Shown: positions 45,442 through 55,434 of the stretch, piece by piece
Layout of the letters: the number at the start of each line of letters is the position of its first letter
How positions within the stretch are numbered: position 1 is the first letter of the stretch
From: Zancudomyces culisetae HAW-14-8
Lineage: Eukaryota > Fungi > Kickxellomycota
Reading direction: 5' to 3'
Assembly (NCBI GenBank): GCA_052426225.1
Contig: JBNJNM010000021.1
Coordinates: 3,286,001-3,350,000 of the forward strand
Length of the DNA: 64,000 bases
Translations under genes and position numbers: made by a program
The notes under the pieces: generated by a model
Told to the model about the DNA's origin: nothing
Databases searched by the model: none
The model's input: the letters and a program-made list of their open reading frames with translations, nothing else

Positions 45442-47337
45442 TTAGTCCAGGTTCAGATCCTTTTTGACCATTCTACTACAGATAGGGTGATAGGTTTTTT
45501 CCAATTTTAGGAATGTATCAACAGCCAGCTTTTGGTCGTTCTGGTACAACAAGCGATAGATTGGTCGAGTAAACTTCATTCTTCCCTGGCTACTGACAAC
45601 ATCTACAGCAGCATCAAATACCTTTTTATACCCACACTCTAGAGCCAAGTACAGGAATGCGGCTCTGATTTCGTAGTTTTTAGCATAGCTCATCGAGTAC
45701 AGGCCGTCCATAGCGTCAAGCATCTGGTGTGAAAACTTGGTAGAACGGTCGTGATTGTGAGCACGGAGTGTCTTGATTACAACAAGTTTTTGCTGGGTGG
45801 ATAGTTGCTCGAACTCTTGTTTAGTAAACTGCGAAAAGTCTGTGCCATTACCATTGTTATCGGCCGAAATCCATTTTTCTGCCAACGAGATCGCGGCACG
45901 TTGTGGTGCCATATCAAATTTGTTTTCAACTGGTGGCATACCTGGTGTGTACAACCAGCCATTCCAATCAACCTTGTCTAGTTTTTCCCTGGCTTCATCA
46001 TGTCCTAGGGTTGTCTCCATGTAGCTATACAAGAATCCTTTAAAGTCGTTTGTATCAATTGATCGGCCTCGGAACTCGCGGATGTATGCCTTTAAAAACT
46101 TGCTCCACACGTCTTTTCCAAAAATTGTCATAAGATAATACAAGAAGTTGTGGCCTCTTTCATATGGTACGCTCGAGAACGCATCATCTGGGTCAACCTC
46201 TTCCAATGTTGGTACCATTCTTGTCAGCTCATTCTTCTCTCCCATTCGTCTGACATCTTCTCCCAGGCTCTCCAGACCTAGAACTGACAGTAGTTGACTG
46301 GTATCACGTCCGCTCAATGCACCTGTGATTTCTCGCTCAAAGAACGTTGTCCACCCCTCATTCAACCAGAAATGCTCCCAGCTCCTGGCAGTCACCAAAT
46401 TTCCCGACCAACTGTGTGCCAACTCGTGGTTGATCAGATCAACCAACGATCGGTCACCCGCAATCATTGTAGGTGTCACAAATGTCAGACATGGATTTTC
46501 CATTCCGCCGTATGGGAATGCTGGTGGTAAAACCAACAAATCATATCTACCCCACTCATATTCTGTCAATATCTCTTCAGCCACAGACACTGTCTTTTCT
46601 AGATCAGCAAATTCATACGCGCACGCTTCTATGAGGTCTGGTTCACTCCATACGGCTGTTCTTGGACCCAGCTCGTGCCTTTCCAATACACCACAAGCTA
46701 CCACTACTAGATACGATGGAATCTTGATCTTTTGCTCAAAGTGGAACACCCTGTTCTCACCTCCATCCACATCTTCCGATCCGGTTTGCAGTGCACTCAT
46801 CAATGCAGTAAATGGCTTCGCCACCTTTATGTCTCCTGTGTATGCGATCTTAATAGATGGACTATCTTGGCATGGCATCATGCTACGTGCGTAGATACTT
46901 TGGCATTGTGTAAACAAAAATGGGTATTTCTTACCACTTGTTTGTTCTGGTGTCAAGAACTGCAGTGCTACTGACTTTTCGGTGGTTTTGTATGCAATTT
47001 GAATTGATAGCTTTTCACCCTTTTGGTATTTTCTATCCAATTCGATTTCCAGTGGGGTTCCATAGATATGGTGTACTTTTCCGCATTTGAATTGCAACTC
47101 TGTTTTGTCCTGCGCAGTCTCACCCCCATGCTGATTTACTAACCAGGCTTTATAAATATCCAATGTCATCGTGTCCAACACGACCTTGTCCACATTGTCT
47201 TGCAACACCACATGGCAAAGTGTGACTGAACCCTTCAGCAACTTGTTTTCAAAATCCACTTCCAGGTCCAAATGCAAACGCTCGGTTGTCACTTGTTCCA
47301 AGTTGGACAGTGTGTTTGGATCTATTTTTGCTGACAT
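45442..47337 (-). CDS. LAP2: Leukotriene A4 hydrolase / M1 aminopeptidase
   Basis: DPNTLSN, FTQCQ.I.ARS..PCQD.P, FPYGGMENP, HELAHSWSGN, WLNEG, DPDDAFSSVPYE.G, GRMKF.RP.Y. Confidence 0.96.
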   Translation of the reverse strand: MSAKIDPNTLSNLEQVTTERLHLDLEVDFENKLLKGSVTLCHVVLQDNVDKVVLDTMTLDIYKAWLVNQHGGETAQDKTELQFKCGKVHHIYGTPLEIELDRKYQKGEKLSIQIAYKTTEKSVALQFLTPEQTSGKKYPFLFTQCQSIYARSMMPCQDSPSIKIAYTGDIKVAKPFTALMSALQTGSEDVDGGENRVFHFEQKIKIPSYLVVVACGVLERHELGPRTAVWSEPDLIEACAYEFADLEKTVSVAEEILTEYEWGRYDLLVLPPAFPYGGMENPCLTFVTPTMIAGDRSLVDLINHELAHSWSGNLVTARSWEHFWLNEGWTTFFEREITGALSGRDTSQLLSVLGLESLGEDVRRMGEKNELTRMVPTLEEVDPDDAFSSVPYERGHNFLYYLMTIFGKDVWSKFLKAYIREFRGRSIDTNDFKGFLYSYMETTLGHDEAREKLDKVDWNGWLYTPGMPPVENKFDMAPQRAAISLAEKWISADNNGNGTDFSQFTKQEFEQLSTQQKLVVIKTLRAHNHDRSTKFSHQMLDAMDGLYSMSYAKNYEIRAAFLYLALECGYKKVFDAAVDVVSSQGRMKFTRPIYRLLYQNDQKLAVDTFLKLEKTYHPICSRMVKKDLNLD

Positions 47338-47425
47338 TTTCCTGATATTTTTATGTCCTTTTGCTTGTTTGTTAAATAAATAAAAAATTCAAAGAAAGTT
47401 GAACGTATTTTTTTTAGTATTGAAG

Positions 47426-47449
47426 TTCCTATTCCTATTCCTATTCCTA
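47426..47449. repeat. (TTCCTA)4 microsatellite
   Basis: Read directly from the sequence, about 90 bp upstream of LAP2. Confidence 0.85.
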
Positions 47450-47757
47450 TTATTTATATTTTTGGATGGAACATGGCTGAATTTCAACATGTAAACACCA
47501 CAATTACACCAGATTAATTTAATCGTGTTTGAAGAAAATTATTCAGCATTCCTCTGTTGACATTGGTCCCTTATTTCATTAGAAACTTCATTTTGGTTTG
47601 ATAATTGACTCCAGCCCCTTTGCTAATTTCCTGTGCATTTTAATTTGCCAAATTTAGTCCGTATTTTTTTATTCTAAAAAACGCCCTTCTCTATATTCCA
47701 AGCAGTTAGCCTCCTTAGTTTGGTTAATGGTTTGGATTACAAATCAAACCAAAAAAT

Positions 47758-47787
47758 GGTGAGGGTGAGGGTGAGGGTGAGGGTGAG
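47758..47787 (+). repeat. (GGTGAG)5 telomere-like/G-quadruplex repeat
   Basis: Four GGG runs with TGA loops (TGAGGG variant of TTAGGG). Confidence 0.85.
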
Positions 47788-48219
47788 ATAAAGGGAAAGG
47801 AGAATATGATGTATTACTACTATTCTTATTTGCTCCGCACCACAAAAATAAACCCCTAGAAACTAAGAATCATTTGTGGACAATCACTGATCGTACTCGG
47901 CACTTAAAAAAAAAGTGGTCTTGCAAAGCTTCTCACACTTTGTTTCCGGACTATTTTGCATATCCAATTGCTGTTTTTTGCTTTTCTTGTTTCCATCATT
48001 TATTTTGTGGAGTGACTTGAAAACTCAATTAGTCCATCGATTTGATTCAAGCTTATCTAAACAATTGTATATAAATTAACCAAATAAAAAAAAAGCAAAT
48101 GAATAAATAAATATCTCTATGAGTCTGAAAGTGTAGCATCCAAGGACGAACACTCAAAGGGGCAGGCGAGCTTTTGGAATTGTTGAACTTGTATTCATAG
48201 TTCGTTTTTTACAAGTTTT

Positions 48220-49320
48220 AGTACTTTGTGCAAATAGGCGCAAAATACAAAAGCAAGAGTTACATGCTCTCATACACTGAACTCCTCCATTTTTGGAGGG
48301 ATAGCAACATGAAAATATCAACAGTTATAAAGCAAAGCACCATAAATGATATTATTTGTGTCTTTGGCTTTATTTTTGTTTGAGTGCAATATTGAGGATT
48401 CGTTTAGTGCCTAATGTATATAGACTGTGAATATTCAATTATTTACGCATTGCCATGGTTAAAGGTTATCATTGATGCGGCAAACATTCTTTGATTGAAC
48501 TTTAAGTATTCAGCTGGCTTGTCTAGATTATACATTAGCGGTGATGAGGGAGGTGGTGTTGCAAAATTCAACACATACTCAAGCATCTCATAATTTTTAT
48601 TCAAAAGAAAGTGGGTTGGTATGTTGATGTGTTAGATACTACCAATGCCGATTCATCTGGTATATTTTACAACATTATTAGCACTACTAAAGTTGTTGAT
48701 TTTGTAAATAGATACTCTCAAAACTTTTTTTTTGTATAAGGGGATGTACAATTACAGTGAAAATGCTGAATACTCCGGCTATATATATAAAAAAGCTGTG
48801 CTTGAATGTACAAATATGCCTTTTTTAACCTGTTTTTATTAAAATCGTTAGCAATCAAAAATAATCGCACCAATGCTACAAAAAACTGAACCTGTTATTG
48901 AGACAGAGACGAAAATTCAACTTCAAGGAATGTGATAAGGCCAGCACTATTAGATATATTTAGACCCATTTTTTAGATTGAAAATATCTGATGGTGCTTT
49001 TGATCAACCAATATATTTTTCCAGTGGAATTTTCTAGTAAAGTCTCGTCCCTTCTTTATCGAATTTAGAAAAAGAGGAAGTATATGATATATACGCAACA
49101 TATTATGGAGGGAATGACAGAGATAACACTAGTGCAGTCAGTTCAAAGGTTTTCGGTAAAAAAAAATCACTTGATCCAGGTGATTAAATGAAAAGGAAAA
49201 AGGTCAAGTTAAGTGGACAGTCATTTTTCAGGTGTCTAGACCTAGTTGAACGAGTATTGATAAAGGTAATTTAAAAGTGGTTCATGTTGTATGTACGTTG
49301 TACTCATCTGCTTGACTAGT
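48220..49320 (+). mobile_element. Heavily decayed Ty3/Gypsy-like pol relic
   Basis: Stop- and frameshift-interrupted fragments in Gypsy order: protease-end-like CEYSIIYALPWL (48426-48461), RT-start-like PVIETETKIQLQ/NVIRPA...PIF/LKISDGA (~48890-48998), integrase-C-like KWTVIFQV...KGNLKVVHV (49211-49288). Confidence 0.4.
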
Positions 49321-52128
49321 TCTTTGGAGGTTCATGTTGTAGACCTTGAGAACAAGACATGGGAATTATATTGGTGAGTTTGAGCGAGTAAAAACAATAT
49401 AGTTACCCAGTCATTAACACTTGGGAAAATACAGATTGTCAAGTCTTATATTTATTGATGGTTATGGGTAACTATGCTTTCAAAATTTAGAATTTCACTG
49501 TGAAAATAGAACAATATAAGAATCGGTACATGTGTGTTTGCGAGTTCTCACAACGAAAAAATAAGAAATAAGCTCACTTTCGTTTCCTCTAAGGCAAGAA
49601 GTTAGTAGTAGAAGTTAATAAAGCACAAAATACAAGAAGGTGGTGATGATGGTCTATGTATACCATTATATGGGTATGCTTGTGTTTTTTACTTGAGTGG
49701 TAATCGAAGTGCTTATACTGAAAATTATTATTTGTCAATGTCAACTGAAATGTAGTGTGCAAGTTGAAAAAAAAAGCGTACAATCTAGACGTAGTGTTCT
49801 CCTTTCCATTCTGGGGTATGCAAGTTTTTATGCTAATATACGTGAACCAACTTTGTCTTGTAGTTATCTTGAAGATAATGGTCGTGATGAGGAGGTGCTA
49901 GACATCTTGGTGCCCACATAATGTACTCGCACTTGAAAAATAATGAATTATATTGATAATCTGACATATTATTCGAGTTTGTGGGAGCTAGGGGGGGGGG
50001 ATGGGAATGAGGGAAAAGAAACTAATGAGAAATTAATAAAAGAGCTGAATATGGGTCAGATCCAAAAAAGAGAGAGAGAGGAGAGAGGAGTTGGAACTAT
50101 CACACCACTGAAGAATAGCAACTAGAACCCCAGTACATTTATTTTAGAATTGGTCGATTTAGAGTTCACAAATTGGACAGAGTACTATGGAGAGTATGTC
50201 GCGGGTAGGCGGATCTTAGCCATGTTGAATTTTAGCAAGAGTAGAGAATTGTGACATAATTTTATACTTATGACGTGAGTTTACATGTGGAGAGAGAGAG
50301 AAAGAGTCTGAAATTATTTGAAAACAAGTTTGTGGGGGGGGGGGGAGGGGGTTATGGGAGGATTAGGACTGCAGAATAACAACAGGCCCTTTTGGTTTAG
50401 AGAACATAAGCTTCGGGGCTACATGTAAACTATTTAGATTCTCAGGCCGAAAATATAATATCTAAACCAGTGATAAATGAGCGAGATCTTGTATCATATG
50501 CAAAAATATAAGAATATATATTCAGAGATGATGTATGATAAGAGCAAAGTTGTTTGAAAACATGATGAATTGATGGTAAAAGAATTACATGAAAACAAAA
50601 AAAAAGATGAAGCTTGTTGAAATTTAGTTGGGTGTGTTAAAAGCTGATGCTTGGCAAGGCGAGAGTGAAAGAAATGGTCAAGAAATTTTTTTTTATAAGA
50701 GATGTGAGAGGAAAGGAGGAAGGAATGCGGTAGATGTTGAGGTTTGGGTAAGAGTGTTATATAATAGTAACGTAGAAACATGTTGTGAGTATTTTGGAAA
50801 TAGAAAGAATACTTTGAAAAGGACAGGGAAAAAAAAACGTGACATAAAGGTGATATAGAGGTGTTGGGGGGAGGAGGGGAGGGGCTGGACGAGTAACATG
50901 TGTATTGAAGGGAAAGTGAGGCGAGGCTTGATTTTTACAAAGAAAATGGTGAGGATGTATAATTTGTTCGTAATAGCCGTTTATTAATCCTAAAAATTTT
51001 TTTTATTTATTTTTTTACTGGAAATGAGATACGGAAATTCTAAAAGCAATGTGGATAGGAAGAAAAAATTTTGTGGCACAAGAAAAATGCGCGAATCAAA
51101 TAAGCTTTTGAAGCTAGATTGAGCCAGAAAAGGTAAAAAAACAATAACGTGTGATTGAAAAAAAAGGCAAGCTTTTGTGCTCTTGAAATAAAATGGTTCA
51201 GTTACCAAAAAAAACTAAAAAAACAAAAACTAAAAAGCTAAAAGCCAAAAAAAGCGTAAAGGCAGGAAACCATTTGCTCAGCAGGACAAGTGTAACAATT
51301 AATTACTGACAATTATGGAAAAAGATAAAAATAAAAATAAAAACATAGAATAATGAATTAAATAAGAAAAGAATAAAATAAAGCAAATGCGATAAATATA
51401 ATGAAATAAAAGAACGATATTATAAAGAAATTCCTATTTGGATATATGAGTACCAAAGGATCATGTACAATAGTAGCACTAGCGGATTTAGATAGATTTT
51501 GATTGAATACAAGAAATATCGAACAGTGGCGTAATAATACGATAGAGATATACTAGGCGAGTCACAAGATATAAAGACCAAAGACGCTTTTTGAAGGATA
51601 GAATTTGGAATATATTGAGTAAAATTTGGATTGAGATTCAACACCAAAGCAGGTACAAGGAGAGCTTCTCGATTTAAATTATATAAAAGGATATAAGAAG
51701 GAAAATAAATCGAGAATATAAGGTAATTATAGTAAGAATTCTAATTAAAAGGATTGATAAAGTAGTTTTAAAAATAGACTGATAGGTAAGGTAGGAGGGG
51801 GGGGGGGAGTTATGCTTATAAAGTTGGAAGTACTGATAAAAATTAGTATAATATTGAAATAATAGGAACAAGGAAGAAAAAGAAGGAGCTAGAATTAGAC
51901 GGAAGGATTAAAACAAAGGGACGAATTATTTCAGGCAAGGCGGTCGGATAATGTATAATGCAAAGGGTAGAAAAGGTGATATTTGGACACAAACTTTAAA
52001 GGTAAACTCTAGTCTTGAGTACAAAAGAAAAGGAATCAAAAAAGTACCAAAACCAAGTCTAGAAATATAAAAGTCAATTGGGTAAACAAAGAAAAAGAAC
52101 ACAACGAGGGATATATAAGGATAGAAAA

Positions 52129-54252
52129 ATGGAGGAGCTGGCAGTGGGGACAGCTGGGGAAGGGAACTATAAACTTGATTTTTTTAAGCAAAAGGTGGAG
52201 AATATTGACAACGAGAAAGTGAATAGCGAAAGTATAGAGCCAACGTGGATACCAATCAAGGCAGAGGTGGATGATATACCAAGAAAAAGAGTGAATAATA
52301 AGGGGTCGGATGGATGGGAAAGAGACACAGTGGTTGGTAAGCAAGGACTGGTTCCAGAAGAAAGGGAAACAGGGTGGGACAGGGGGCAGCTAGGTAGTAT
52401 GGAAGAGACAGGGGAGGAAGCAGGGGAGGGGCGATGGGAGAGGGCCAATGTGGAGAGTAATGTGAGAGAGATAGAAAGCAAGGAAGATGAGAGTGGGGGT
52501 GCAACAGAGAGAGAGATAGTGGAGGTGGTAAATAGGGAGGTGGATGGAGATGCGGAAAATGTGGTGGTGGTATTAAGGAAGGATAAAGAAGATCGAGAGA
52601 GGGAAATGCAGAGGGAAGAAAGGGGCGCGAGGATGGGAACACTTTCGTATTATGAACAGACGGGGAATTCGATGTATGGAACACGGATATCGGAAGGACA
52701 TCAAAACTACGTGCTTATGTATCACATGTTGACAGGGATTCGGGTGTCGGTTTCGCGGTGTGCATCAAAGCCAGAGCGAAATACACAGCCTCGAGACTAT
52801 GTAGCGTCGCATAAATATACATTTGATGTGATTGGAGACGAAATGGTGGCAAAGAGCGGGTATGACTTCAAGTTTAAAGATTACTCGCCTTGGGTGTTTC
52901 GGCAGATCCGCGAGGCGTTTGGGTTAAGTGCGACGGAGTATCTGGTATCACTTACGGACCGATATATACTGAGTGAAGTTGGTAGTTCTGGGAAGAGCGG
53001 GTCATTTTTCTACTATTCACAAGATTTGCGATTTATTATCAAAACACTCCACAAATCGGAGCATATATTTTTACGCAAAATACTCAAGGACTATTATGAG
53101 TTTGTGAGGAACAATCCTAACACACTCTTGTCGCGGATGTTTGGATTGCATAGAATCAGACAGCCGCGTGGGAAGAAGGTGTATTTTGTAGTGATGAACA
53201 ACTTGTTTCCACCAACAAGGGTGATTCACAGGGAGTTTGATTTGAAAGGGTCGACGCTGGGTAGAGAATATAAACCAAAGAGTGGAGATGAAGATAAGCA
53301 ACTAATGTGTATGAAGGACTTGGATTGGATTCGTTCGGGAATGAAGCTGGAAATGGGTCCAGCGTGTCGTGAAAAGTTTACAAAGCAACTGGCAGCAGAC
53401 GTCGAGTTGTTGGTGCAGCTCAACATTATGGACTACAGTTTGCTGGTTGGTGTACACTATCTCAATTCTGAGGAGCAGAGCGAGTTTGTAACCGAAAGAA
53501 GGCTGCGGATGTTTGATCCTGAGGTTACAAATCTACCTTCCCAGATGAGTTCTGCCGACAGAGCAGTTACACTGCGCAACAAAGTCGTCTTGACAGATCC
53601 TATTGCTTTTCCTATTGACTCTGACCACCACACACACCCACGAAACCCCCCTCGTCCACGACCCACTTTGGTTACCTCAGTTTTGGATAGTTACGCAAAA
53701 AACAAACCCGGGGGCGCCAGAAATGGTCGCGAAGCTTTTGTAGATGCCAGTACTGGGCTGTATGATGATGGTTCAAATATCGTGCCTATCCCAACACGCA
53801 ATAATGGGAAACCCTCCAAACTTATTCGACAAAAAAGTGAGCGCCAACGATTCTCAATTGACAGCGAAAACATTGTACCGTTGGCGAGTGGTGGCAGGAT
53901 GAATAGGATAGATGTAAATGCGTATTTGTCAGATGGTGGTATTCTTGCCACCAATGGAGACAACGAACCAACTGATAAGCTGTACTACCTAGGAGTGATT
54001 GATATTCTGACACCGTATTCACAAAAGAAAAAAGTGGAGCATTTTTTCAAGTCGATTTGGCATGTTGGTGAATCAGATATGATTAGTGCAGTTAATCCGC
54101 GAAAGTATGGCTGGCGCTATTTGAGTTTTATTTTTAACCAGTTTAGCGGGATTTCTGATGCACAAGACGACGAGACTATCAATAGAATCCTCGAAAATTT
54201 TGAGAGTGTCAATTTCGAAATCAAACCTAGACGACACTTTCCATTTCACTGA
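52129..54252 (+). CDS. MSS4: Phosphatidylinositol 4-phosphate 5-kinase (Mss4/Its3)
   Basis: EGHQNYVLMYHMLTGIRVSVSR, FKFKDYSPWVFR, GKSGSFFY, IIKT, FDLKGST, KDLD, IMDYSLLVG, YYLGVIDILT. First ATG at 52129 (the ORF track starts at TTG 52078). Confidence 0.95.
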   Translation: MEELAVGTAGEGNYKLDFFKQKVENIDNEKVNSESIEPTWIPIKAEVDDIPRKRVNNKGSDGWERDTVVGKQGLVPEERETGWDRGQLGSMEETGEEAGEGRWERANVESNVREIESKEDESGGATEREIVEVVNREVDGDAENVVVVLRKDKEDREREMQREERGARMGTLSYYEQTGNSMYGTRISEGHQNYVLMYHMLTGIRVSVSRCASKPERNTQPRDYVASHKYTFDVIGDEMVAKSGYDFKFKDYSPWVFRQIREAFGLSATEYLVSLTDRYILSEVGSSGKSGSFFYYSQDLRFIIKTLHKSEHIFLRKILKDYYEFVRNNPNTLLSRMFGLHRIRQPRGKKVYFVVMNNLFPPTRVIHREFDLKGSTLGREYKPKSGDEDKQLMCMKDLDWIRSGMKLEMGPACREKFTKQLAADVELLVQLNIMDYSLLVGVHYLNSEEQSEFVTERRLRMFDPEVTNLPSQMSSADRAVTLRNKVVLTDPIAFPIDSDHHTHPRNPPRPRPTLVTSVLDSYAKNKPGGARNGREAFVDASTGLYDDGSNIVPIPTRNNGKPSKLIRQKSERQRFSIDSENIVPLASGGRMNRIDVNAYLSDGGILATNGDNEPTDKLYYLGVIDILTPYSQKKKVEHFFKSIWHVGESDMISAVNPRKYGWRYLSFIFNQFSGISDAQDDETINRILENFESVNFEIKPRRHFPFH

Positions 54253-55434
54253 TCAATGAAAAAAATAATAATAGAGTAAATGCCAATGTCTAAAATTTGC
54301 AAAATGGGATGGTGCGTTTAGTATACTTGTTTTTGCATCTATACCGATATTATTTTGTCAAAGGAGGAAAAGAAAAGTGAAGTATAGGAAGGATTCTTGA
54401 CAAAATAGATGCGAATAGAAGGAATGAATGTATTTGCTGCTTGTAGAATAAAGAAAAACTGGCATTTATGTTTCTACTAACACTATATTTAGATTCATTA
54501 ACCCCTAACACCAATCTTCATCTCGCTCTCCCCCCCTCCCCCCCCTCCCTTTTCCCTTTTTTAAAAAAAATTTAAAGTTTAGTATATCTCTTTTTTTTTG
54601 ATCATATAGTAGCGTATGTTAAAAATTCTTTTGTTTTATCATTACAATCCTTGGTTTAGCGCATTTTTTTCTTTAAAAATAAAGTATAACAACACGATAT
54701 ATCAATACTTGTTTTAATTTTTGCTGCGGAAAAAAAAAGTACCAAAAAGAAAAGACTGAATGATTGGAAAGAGACTAATTGCTGCGCTAAAATTGGAAAG
54801 AGCACACATGAAAGAGAAAAAGTAATGAGGTATAGTGTTCATGCTACCCAATTGCAAGATAAAAGAGCAAGTTTTGCAAAACAATTGATAATTTGCTAGT
54901 ATTTAGATTTGTTATAAACCCAATGGTCCGAGGAAGGAAAGAAAAAATAAGTGTGAAAATAAAGGGAAGATGCATCTAAGCAAAAAAAAAGAAAAGAAAA
55001 GGAAAAAGGTAGGGGGGGATGAGGGAAAAAGAACCACTTGTTTTATTTTATTATTATTTTATTTCAGTGTATTTTTATGATTATGCTGAAAATTAATTTG
55101 GTTGATGAATTGATAAATATATATAAATATATTTTTTTAAACTGTATAAAAGTTTGGGTGGGTTCAAATATGATAAACAATTTTGTATGAGGAATCCAAG
55201 TTAAAACAAAGCATAATACAATAGAAATATAGACTGCGAGGTAGTCGGTATTGTTTAACTTACGGGGAAAGAATTACGAGAAAAGAGTTATAAAACGCTT
55301 GAATTGAAACAAACACTTGAGTGATTCGACTATAGAACTTGGATTTATACATTAATATTTGTTTTATTATTATTATAACAATTCTACCTCTCCTCCATTT
55401 CACACCTCTTACTCGTTGTTAAAGCTTGACAAAA

